NCBI GenBank assembly: GCA_046483495.1
Contig: JAWODC010000018.1
Span: 1-64,000 of the forward strand
Origin: Desulfobacterales bacterium
GTDB taxonomy: Bacteria > Desulfobacterota > Desulfobacteria > Desulfobacterales > UBA5616
Length of the DNA stretch: 64,000 nt
Direction: 5' to 3'
Below the pieces are notes generated by a model. The model worked only from the letters and a program-made list of their open reading frames with translations, did no database searches and had not been told where the DNA came from. The first letter of the stretch is position 1; every line of letters starts with the position of its first letter. This document shows positions 30,751-38,476 of the stretch, one piece after another. The translations under genes and the position numbers were made by a program.

Positions 30751-30916
30751 GGGACGTTCGTGCAGAATGTGATTTAAAATTAAAGAGGTTTATGCTTGCG
30801 TTTTAATGCCGTATGTTTTCCATTTATTTTCTTTCTGTAGGCAGGGGGCTTAGAAGAAGGAAAAAATGTATCTAAACTATATACGCTTAAATTTATGAAT
30901 GTTCTGCACGAACGCC
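30751..30916 (+). mobile_element. RAYT-derived element copy C (~165 bp); right end degenerate and overlapping the 3' end of CDS 30893-32347
   Basis: Left end intact; 30785-30825 matches RAYT 36798-36838 (HUH-coding segment); right end TTCTGCACGAACGCC. Confidence 0.85.
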
Positions 30917-32347
30917 TGAGATGAATGGATGTTCAGCGAGACTCGTGGCCTTATCTTTCATTCCGTTTTGTTCATAGAATATTACAGCCGATTGGATGGC
31001 TTCGAAATCCTGTTCATCTCTGATAACCGGATAAAGATCCCTTTCAAGTGCGCTGAGGCCTCGATCGAAATGGAACAGCGCCTGCTTTCTCCTGCCCATG
31101 AGAAGGCAGGTTTGGCCCATGAGAAAATCCGTGGGAAAGCAACCGTTTTTCTTGCGGCAGATCTCGTAGTAGAGGAGAGCTTCCCGGTAACGGCCCTTCT
31201 TGCGCATGGCATGGGCCAGCTCTGTCTGCCTGTAGTTCATGGCGGGGTTACGTTCATATGCCTTTTCAAAGAAGCGAAGAGCAGCGTCTATTTTGTCTGC
31301 ATCGAGAAGAAGCTGTCCCAGATCGGCCATGCCGGGGCAGAGTCCCGGGTCCCTGCGGCACAGGTCCAGGGAAAGGCCAAAAGCTTGGTCTGTTTCTCCG
31401 CGTGCCAGATGGGCAAAGGCTTTGTAAAGCAGAAGGGTGGACTCCCGGGGAAATTCGGAAAGACCCGAACGGCAGCGCTGCAGAAGAAGGTCAGCCCCCC
31501 CATTCACGTAAAGAAAGTCGGCATGCTCTCTCAGTTTCCATAATCGAGGCAAAGGTTCGTGCAGCAGGTTAGGAAAGCTGAGAATCTCGCGACTCTGTTC
31601 AGCAACCCAGCGCCTGACCGGCTCCAGAAATCCCCCGTCAATTGAACGTGCAATGATGACATCTCGAACGAGGTAATTACCGGCGAACAGATCCAGAGAG
31701 AAGGAATGCCAGGCGGAGAAAAGGCTTTTGTCTGTGGCGGCCGCAAGGGGTGGAAAGAAGTCCGCATCGATACTGAGCAGGACCGGTCCGGTGATGCCGG
31801 GGAGTTCTTCCGAAGGGCATAGGATAAGCGAAGCCCCGTGAACGTTTCCCGTAAATGTTCTCCCCTTTAGTTCGAATGTTGCAATATCCTCCTCCGGGAA
31901 GGATGCATGACGCAGCAGCGAGCGAAGGGCCGGGACCGGATCGGCGACCGAAAAGCAGGGGAATGGAATGATCCAGTAAACCTTTTTGATTATCCCCAGC
32001 CGGAAGGCGGCATAGAGGAAGTTGCCCGGGTGGTAGAACCCCTTATCCCCCGCTGAATCAGACGCCTTCAGGGCCTTCAGATCCCTTTCTTTGAAAATCG
32101 TCTGCAGACGACTGATCCGGTCCTCTGGAATGCGGCGGAGATCGTCATGGGCGTCGATATGGATTAACGTACAATCTGAATATTCTTTTTCCACCCAGTA
32201 AACCAATGCCTGGCTGTGATTCTCCACCACATAAGGCTTTGAGATCGGATCCCGGCCGAGGATGCAGGATCCATCCCCGCCGGCTGCCACGAATCCCGGG
32301 TATACCAGAAGGATGCAGAGCGCGAGTATGCAACGGCGGAAACACAT
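30893..32347 (-). CDS. Exported UPF0489 (peptide arginase-like) domain protein with C-terminal TPRs
   Basis: Signal peptide; VVENHSQAL..W, LIHIDAHDDL, GNFLYAA, VYWI, LLSIDADFF; TPR-like helices in the C-terminal half. Confidence 0.7.
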   Translation of the reverse strand: MCFRRCILALCILLVYPGFVAAGGDGSCILGRDPISKPYVVENHSQALVYWVEKEYSDCTLIHIDAHDDLRRIPEDRISRLQTIFKERDLKALKASDSAGDKGFYHPGNFLYAAFRLGIIKKVYWIIPFPCFSVADPVPALRSLLRHASFPEEDIATFELKGRTFTGNVHGASLILCPSEELPGITGPVLLSIDADFFPPLAAATDKSLFSAWHSFSLDLFAGNYLVRDVIIARSIDGGFLEPVRRWVAEQSREILSFPNLLHEPLPRLWKLREHADFLYVNGGADLLLQRCRSGLSEFPRESTLLLYKAFAHLARGETDQAFGLSLDLCRRDPGLCPGMADLGQLLLDADKIDAALRFFEKAYERNPAMNYRQTELAHAMRKKGRYREALLYYEICRKKNGCFPTDFLMGQTCLLMGRRKQALFHFDRGLSALERDLYPVIRDEQDFEAIQSAVIFYEQNGMKDKATSLAEHPFISGVRAEHS

Positions 32348-32372
32348 CGTTCACACCCTCAGGCAATCGCGG

Positions 32373-32705
32373 TCACTGGAGTCCGGCCGGGTGCATCTGC
32401 TGCTTCGGACTTGCCGGACGCATCTGCTGGTTTGGAGCCGCCGGCCTGATCTGCTGGTTGGGAATGGCCGGACGCATCTGCTGTTTTGGGTCTGCCGGAC
32501 GCATTTTCTGTAAAGGATCGGCGGGACGCATTTTCTGTAAAGGATCTGCAGGACGTATCTTCTGTAGCGGATCGGCGGGACGCATCTGCTGATTGGGGGA
32601 AGCGGGTTTCATATTCTGCTCCTCATCCTGGGCCATGCCCCGGCCGGACAAAACCAGTCCCATACCGAGCAGCACCAATGCAAGCGTTTTCAATGTTTTT
32701 TTCAT
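32373..32705 (-). CDS. Exported tandem-repeat protein, 9-aa units (M/I)RPAxPxQ(Q/K)
   Basis: GGAGGT RBS; signal peptide MKKTLKTLALVLLGMGLVLSGRGMA; 8 full units plus 1 partial. Confidence 0.8.
   Translation of the reverse strand: MKKTLKTLALVLLGMGLVLSGRGMAQDEEQNMKPASPNQQMRPADPLQKIRPADPLQKMRPADPLQKMRPADPKQQMRPAIPNQQIRPAAPNQQMRPASPKQQMHPAGLQ
32376..32612 (-). repeat. 27-bp coding tandem repeat, ~8.8 units
   Basis: Repeated GGACGCAT(C/T)T(G/T)CTG... with 27-nt period on the + strand. Confidence 0.9.
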
Positions 32706-32819
32706 CGTGTACACCTCCAAGATTACCTTTATCATTACCATGTCTGGAAATTCGAACAGATCAGGTTGGTTTGTCTACAAGGTTAACATCGCGGACCGAC
32801 GGGTTTGACAGTCGGCCGG

Positions 32820-32912
32820 TCACTCTGAAAGACCCCGGAGGTGCCGGAACCCGGAGAAAGAACCCTCGCCAACCGATAATGGTGAGAACTTGCTTTTCGC
32901 GACCGTCCACAT
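32820..32912 (-). CDS. Putative 30-aa small ORF / leader peptide
   Basis: GGGAGGT RBS just upstream of ATG; MWTVAKSKFSPLSVGEGSFSGFRHLRGLSE*; followed by a short hairpin. Confidence 0.3.
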   Translation of the reverse strand: MWTVAKSKFSPLSVGEGSFSGFRHLRGLSE

Positions 32913-33038
32913 AGCCACCTCCCGAATTGTGATTTTGCCGGATTGTGTGTCCAATATGGAGTAACGGCCCGATTCGGCCGAGAAAACGTGGCGGAAAACG
33001 TACCAGCCGTCCGCACCGAATGTCAACCCCAAAAAACA

Positions 33039-33263
33039 GGGACGTTCGTGCACAAAGTGATTTACATGAATTTAAAAAGTGCTTACCGGTATTGGTTTGC
33101 GAAGGGACGATGGGGTTTAGGGTTGAGTTTTAATGCAGAATTATTTCCATCTGCTGTGTAAAAAATCTGCCCTTGGCTTCCACTATGTGCAGGCTTCGAA
33201 GAAGGAAAAACCGGATTTGAATAATATGCTTTTGGATTTATGAACGTTCTGCACGAACGTCCC
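33039..33263 (+). mobile_element. RAYT-derived element copy D (~225 bp)
   Basis: Both ends present; 33081-33192 aligns to RAYT 36766-36883; from 33202 aligns to the RAYT 3' end (AAGGAAAAACCGGA...). Confidence 0.92.
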
Positions 33264-33748
33264 TATAGAGAATAGCTTCGGCCGTTCAGCCGGAATACGG
33301 TTTTCCCATCGTCCTCTCCGATGCAATCCGCCAGTTTTAAAAGCGCCCGATCCGTGAATTTGATCCATTCCGAGTCAATCCGCATAAACAGGTTGTCGTC
33401 TTTTGTAAAGAGGTTTTCAGGGCGCAGCGGCACCCGATTTTTAGTGTTCATGACAAGAATTATATGATCCCCCCGGATAACGTCGAAAACAAACAGGGGT
33501 GTATCCACGTAAGGGAAATATACCTTTTCGCGGATATTGTCGTATTCCCGGGTGACATGGTATCCATCGCGGTCTTTACGAATCGAAGCGTTGAAATGGG
33601 CGACAATTTTGGGCTTTTGAAACGGCCCGTAACGGTTGTGCCAGCGGCCGTTTTCGTCCATCCAGAATACCGCTTTTTCTCTGGGGACAACGATTTCTTT
33701 CATCGATGTGTTGCCGTTTTCAGATAAGCTCCTTTTGGGGTTTTCCAT
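33263..33748 (-). CDS. Conserved hypothetical protein (DUF1285-like)
   Basis: FWMDENGRWHN...EKVYFPYVDTPLFV; family guess from recall only. Confidence 0.6.
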   Translation of the reverse strand: MENPKRSLSENGNTSMKEIVVPREKAVFWMDENGRWHNRYGPFQKPKIVAHFNASIRKDRDGYHVTREYDNIREKVYFPYVDTPLFVFDVIRGDHIILVMNTKNRVPLRPENLFTKDDNLFMRIDSEWIKFTDRALLKLADCIGEDDGKTVFRLNGRSYSL

Positions 33749-33969
33749 TCAATTTTCACCCAAACCCTTTTAATACGTTGATCCTGAATAATGATATGAG
33801 AATCCAATGTGTTCAATATATCTTGCGCTTTCCAAAATTTCAATATGCTTGACTTTCCTATACAGCCGGCTCGTAGAACAGACCTGAATCGGTGCACGCT
33901 TTGAATTTCGTTGGAATTGTTTTGTCGTTAATCATTTGGTATAGTTTAAGCGTTAATGTTGGATCTAAT

Positions 33970-35610
33970 ATGAGTGACGAGCAGAAGAGGACCTCCCAAC
34001 CGATGACAGCCGAACGGAATGACAGCTCGACTTCCACAAACCGATATTTCAATATCCATCCGCCGGTATTCTGGCCTGCAGCCGTTCTGCTGATTATTTT
34101 CATTGCGGTCACGCTGGTGGTCGGTGATCCGATGAAAACCGTATTCGATAGTCTTCAGAATACGATTTCGGATAATTTCGGATGGTTTATCCTGATAGCG
34201 GTTAATTTCTATCTCTTTTTTATGTTGTATCTGGCGTTCAGCAAGTACGGCAATATCCGGCTCGGTGGAATAAATGCCGTTCCCGATTTCAGCCGGCTGT
34301 CCTGGTTTGCCATGCTTTTTTCCGCCGGAATGGGAATCGGCATTCTTTTCTGGAGCGTGGCCGAACCCCTCTACCATTTTGTGGAGCCCGTCAAGGGCAG
34401 TGGGCAGACGGTTGCTGCGGCCACAGAGGCGATGCGGACAACCTTTCTTCACTGGGGCCTGCATCCCTGGGCGATTTATGCGCTGGTTGGAATGGCGCTG
34501 GCCTTTTTTGCTTTCAACCGACAGCTCCCTCTGGCCATCCGTTCCATATTCCATCCTCTGCTGGGAGAACGGGTGTATGGGATATGGGGTGATGTCATCG
34601 ATGTGCTGGCGGTCTTGTCTACCCTGTTCGGCCTTTCCACTTCCCTGGGCTTCGGCGTCCAGCAGATCAGTGCGGGTCTGCACCACATTTCAGGCCTTTC
34701 GGACACCATCGACCTTCAGATCGGCCTGATGGCCGGCATCACCGGTATTGCGGCCTTGTCGGTTTTTTCAGGGCTCGACCAGGGAGTGAAACGGCTTTCG
34801 GAACTGAACCTGAATCTTGCGGCCCTGCTGCTGATATTTGTCCTGCTGCTCGGCCCCACCATTTTCATTTTGGATTCTTTCGTCCAGAACACAGGGGCCT
34901 ACCTGGATGGTTTTTTCGAAATGAGTTTTTGGGCCGAGAGCTATGAACAGACCCGGTGGCAGAATACGTGGACCCTGTTCTACTGGTCATGGTGGGTGGC
35001 CTGGTCGCCGTTCGTGGGAATGTTCATCGCCCGCATTTCCAGGGGGAGGACCATTCGGGAATTCGTGCTGAGCGTCCTGATCATACCGACTTTGCTGACG
35101 TTTCTCTGGATCACCGCTTTCGGGGGATCGGCCCTGTTTTTCGAACTCAACGCCATCGGCGATATCGCGGCGGCGGCACAGGAAAATGTGGCCATTTCGA
35201 TTTACGCTCTGCTGGAAAATCTTCCTCTTCCGATCATCACCCATATAGCCGCCATTATCCTGGTGATCAGCTTTTTTGTGACTTCAGCCGATTCCGGCTC
35301 GCTTGTTGTGGACACCTTTACTTCCGGCGGGGAACTGACCTCCCCGGTGTCTCAGCGGATATTCTGGGCTTTCATGATCGGCGCGGTGGCGGCCGTTTTA
35401 CTTTTGGGCGGTGGCCTGAGTGCCCTGCAGACGGCATCGATCACCTCGGGGCTGCCTTTTGCCATGATAATGGTTCTCATGGCATTCAGCCTGAAAAAAG
35501 GGCTCAAGCAGGAGTATGAAGCTGATCTCATTCGCAAAAAAGCTTTCGAGAGGGAGTCTTATGAAGAGCTGGTCCGTCGGATGCTGGAAACCAAAAATGG
35601 GTCGGACTGA
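33970..35610 (+). CDS. BCCT-family (betaine/choline/carnitine) transporter
   Basis: SWFAMLFSAGMGIG, HWGLHPWAIY, WTLFYWSWWVAWSPFVGMFIARISRGRT. Confidence 0.95.
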   Translation: MSDEQKRTSQPMTAERNDSSTSTNRYFNIHPPVFWPAAVLLIIFIAVTLVVGDPMKTVFDSLQNTISDNFGWFILIAVNFYLFFMLYLAFSKYGNIRLGGINAVPDFSRLSWFAMLFSAGMGIGILFWSVAEPLYHFVEPVKGSGQTVAAATEAMRTTFLHWGLHPWAIYALVGMALAFFAFNRQLPLAIRSIFHPLLGERVYGIWGDVIDVLAVLSTLFGLSTSLGFGVQQISAGLHHISGLSDTIDLQIGLMAGITGIAALSVFSGLDQGVKRLSELNLNLAALLLIFVLLLGPTIFILDSFVQNTGAYLDGFFEMSFWAESYEQTRWQNTWTLFYWSWWVAWSPFVGMFIARISRGRTIREFVLSVLIIPTLLTFLWITAFGGSALFFELNAIGDIAAAAQENVAISIYALLENLPLPIITHIAAIILVISFFVTSADSGSLVVDTFTSGGELTSPVSQRIFWAFMIGAVAAVLLLGGGLSALQTASITSGLPFAMIMVLMAFSLKKGLKQEYEADLIRKKAFERESYEELVRRMLETKNGSD

Positions 35611-35640
35611 TCGCGATAAATGCATTTGCAGGAGAGTCTC

Positions 35641-36561
35641 ATGAAACGTATCCATAATATGCTGGTCTGCCTGGATTTGACCGATATCGATCCATTCCTG
35701 ATCAAATACGCTGCTTTCATGGCCGGTATCTTCGAGGCCGAAAGGGTTCTTTTCATTCATGCCATCCAGGCATATGACCTGCCTGACAAACGTAAAAAAT
35801 CGTTTGAAGAAGTGAAGGCATCGCTTGACCGGAAGATCCGGGAAGAACTAGACCAGCTTGTCGATCTCAGGTTCAGGAGGGACTATGGCATCGAGGTGAT
35901 CACCCGTATAGAGGAGGAAGATGCCGCCGAGGGTGTTATAAGCTTTGTAGAAGAGGACGGGATCGATCTGGTTATGATCGGCCAGAAACCCGGCGCAGAC
36001 CGCAAGGGGCTGTATGGAAAGAAAATCGCCGCACACACCGCCTCCGACATTCTGTTTGTTCCCGAATATACCGAGCCGGAAATCATCACCCGGGCACTGT
36101 GCGCCGTCGACTTTTCCGAAGTCTCGGAGGCGGCGTTCGAAATCGCCGTCCGGCTGTTTAAAAAACACCGGGTACATGTTCTTTGCTATGCCGTTCAGGA
36201 TCCGTCTACCGCGTATTTCCCGGCCACCACTCGAAAGAGCGCCGGTAAAAAGCAGAGTGGTTTGGAGCAGGGCTACCAAAAATTCCTGGAAAAGTGGGAT
36301 CTGAAGGCAGAGGATTTTCCCTGTCGAATCGAAGCTGCAGACAGCCTGCTCAGCGAGCCGGAAAGGCTCTATGGCTTTGCGGAAGAAAAAGAGGTGCAAC
36401 TCGTCATCATCGGTGCCAAGGGCGAAACGGAAACGGAAACTTCCCTGCTGGGCAACATCACCGAGACGCTGCGTCGGATGCAGACCCATATCCCGATCAT
36501 GATCGTCAAGGGCGGCAGAAAAAAGGGCTTTTTAAACTACTTCGGTTCCGGCGACCCGTAG
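35641..36561 (+). CDS. Tandem universal stress protein
   Basis: Two Usp domains: MLVCLDL...DLVMIG; LCAVDFS...IIGAKG...LLGNITE. Confidence 0.85.
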   Translation: MKRIHNMLVCLDLTDIDPFLIKYAAFMAGIFEAERVLFIHAIQAYDLPDKRKKSFEEVKASLDRKIREELDQLVDLRFRRDYGIEVITRIEEEDAAEGVISFVEEDGIDLVMIGQKPGADRKGLYGKKIAAHTASDILFVPEYTEPEIITRALCAVDFSEVSEAAFEIAVRLFKKHRVHVLCYAVQDPSTAYFPATTRKSAGKKQSGLEQGYQKFLEKWDLKAEDFPCRIEAADSLLSEPERLYGFAEEKEVQLVIIGAKGETETETSLLGNITETLRRMQTHIPIMIVKGGRKKGFLNYFGSGDP

Positions 36562-36593
36562 GTACAATCTCCGGATCCCGAGAAACAACAGAG

Positions 36594-37670
36594 GGGACGT
36601 TCGTGCTGAAAGTGCTTGACAATCAAAGTCATAAATGCAGGTAAAAACCTATGCCAAGGTTATCCAGATTAGATGCTCATGGGATATTGCACCACGTTAT
36701 GGGGCGAGGGATCGAGCGAAGAAAAATTTTCTTGAGCGACAGGGACCGCAACGATTTTATCGAACGCTTATCGGCATTGGTTTACGAAGGTGCGATGGAG
36801 GTTTATGCCTGGGTTTTAATGCCGAATCATTTCCATCTGCTGTGTAAAACAAAAAATCTGCCCTTGGCTTCCAGTATGCGCAGCCTCCTTACGGGATATG
36901 TCGTCAATTTCAATAAGCGCCATAATAGAAACGGCCATTTATTTCAAAACCGTTATAAATCCATTGTCTGTCAGGAGGATGTTTATCTTAAAGAGCTGGT
37001 TCGATATATTCACCTCAATCCGGTGCGCGCCGGGCTGGTGGAAGATTTCAAGGCGCTGAACCGCAATCCATGGTCCGGGCACTCGGTGCTTTCCGGCGCA
37101 GTGAAACGAGATTGGCAGAACACCGGATATGTGCTTTCATGTTTCGGCGGTTCGGATGATTCGACGAAAAATTATTTGCGATACGTCGAACAAGGAATGG
37201 ACCAGGGCCGGAGACCGGAATTGGTCGGCGGCGGATTGATACGGAGCATGGGTGGATGGTCGGAGGTTCTTTCCAGCAGGAGGCGCGGCCGGAAGCAGGC
37301 AGCTGACCAGCGGATACTCGGCGACGGCGCGTTTGTCGAGCATATCATTTCGGGTCTTGACGACCTTGTGAAAAAGAACTTGAGAGTTTCCAGACAAAGG
37401 ATGGATATGAACGGACTTGCCGGGAAAGTCGCTGAAAAATACGGCATCTCCATCACCGAACTCCGCTCGGGAGGTCGGCGGCAAACTGTGGTTCGGGCAC
37501 GACAAGCCATGTCATGGCTTTGCGTCAGGGAACTCGGATATTCGGGGGCTGATGTAGCGAGGTATCTCGGAGTTACGAATTCCTGCGTCACGCGAATACT
37601 AGCGAATAAGGAAAAACCGGATATGGACGATATATCCTTGGATTTGTGAACGTTCTGCACGAACGTCCCC
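36594..37670 (+). mobile_element. Full-length RAYT element with 17-bp inverted, hairpin-forming ends
   Basis: GGGACGTTCGTGCTGAA at 36594 and TTCTGCACGAACGTCCC at 37653-37669 enclose only the transposase ORF; no target-site duplication evident. Confidence 0.9.
36651..37649 (+). CDS. REP-associated tyrosine transposase (RAYT, HUH Y1) with a C-terminal HTH (DnaA_C-like)
   Basis: HHVMGRG, YAWVLMPNHFHLL (HUH), GHLFQNRYKS, LVRYIHLNPVRAG (catalytic Tyr), PWSGH; C-terminal ELGYSGADVARYLG. Confidence 0.92.
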   Translation: MPRLSRLDAHGILHHVMGRGIERRKIFLSDRDRNDFIERLSALVYEGAMEVYAWVLMPNHFHLLCKTKNLPLASSMRSLLTGYVVNFNKRHNRNGHLFQNRYKSIVCQEDVYLKELVRYIHLNPVRAGLVEDFKALNRNPWSGHSVLSGAVKRDWQNTGYVLSCFGGSDDSTKNYLRYVEQGMDQGRRPELVGGGLIRSMGGWSEVLSSRRRGRKQAADQRILGDGAFVEHIISGLDDLVKKNLRVSRQRMDMNGLAGKVAEKYGISITELRSGGRRQTVVRARQAMSWLCVRELGYSGADVARYLGVTNSCVTRILANKEKPDMDDISLDL

Positions 37671-37939
37671 CATGCTATGCAATTTTCTTGACAATTTTTC
37701 TCATCCTGAGATACATTTAGTTTGCAAATTTCAGAAAGTTACAATCCGTTATTCGTAAAGATCACTGTCGCATTGTGGCAGGTTTCAATGGACATTAAGA
37801 ATACATATTCAGCGGTAAGCTTTCCGGATCATTTCTCAAGCACATGACCATTCCTCTTCGCCTATCGGTAACTTTTTGAAAAGTCATATTTATTCCACCG
37901 CAGCCTTTCTTTATATTGAAAATGAAGGGAGGAAATAAC

Positions 37940-38476
37940 ATGAACCGTAAACGATGTTTGTTTCTTTTAACTGTTTTCATCGGAATTTCTATTTTCGTAC
38001 TACCGGATTATGGGGAATGTCGGCCTGGTGATCGTGAAAAAGATAAAAGCTATTATAAGCAAGAGGGGTTGAAGCACTTTAAAAAAGGATTTTACGAGCT
38101 GACCCCTCGGGGGAAAAAGGACGAGGCAGTGAAACACTATCAACTCGCTGTCCAAGCCTTTAAACAGGCCCTTGACATCAGAGAAGATAAAGAAATCCGA
38201 CGCAATCTTGCCAAAATCTACTACGTCCAGGAAAAGTATGCAATGGCCGCGTCGGAATACGAAAAAGCCTCCAAACTGGATCCATATGATATTGAAAACT
38301 ATGTTGAACTGGCGCTGAGCTATATGTATCTCGAAAGGTATAACGAAGCCATCCAAACGTTGGAGACTGCAAGGGCCTGGACTGTCGATGAAGATATTAT
38401 CGAACGGTTGGATTCCTACATCGAGACGGCAAGAAATGTAAAAGATGGAAAGGAGGGACCCGGCAATGGCTTCTAG
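37940..38476 (+). CDS. Exported tetratricopeptide repeat protein
   Basis: Signal peptide; NLAKIYYVQEKY..A..EYEKASKLDP TPR pattern. Confidence 0.8.
   Translation: MNRKRCLFLLTVFIGISIFVLPDYGECRPGDREKDKSYYKQEGLKHFKKGFYELTPRGKKDEAVKHYQLAVQAFKQALDIREDKEIRRNLAKIYYVQEKYAMAASEYEKASKLDPYDIENYVELALSYMYLERYNEAIQTLETARAWTVDEDIIERLDSYIETARNVKDGKEGPGNGF

Noticed and set aside
32376..32612. CRISPR-like periodic repeats
   Set aside because: Contiguous 27-bp in-frame coding repeats with synonymous variation and no spacers.
36594..37670. Classical DDE insertion sequence or IS605 with tnpB
   Set aside because: The ORF has HUH and Tyr motifs, not DDE; no TSD and no tnpB are present.
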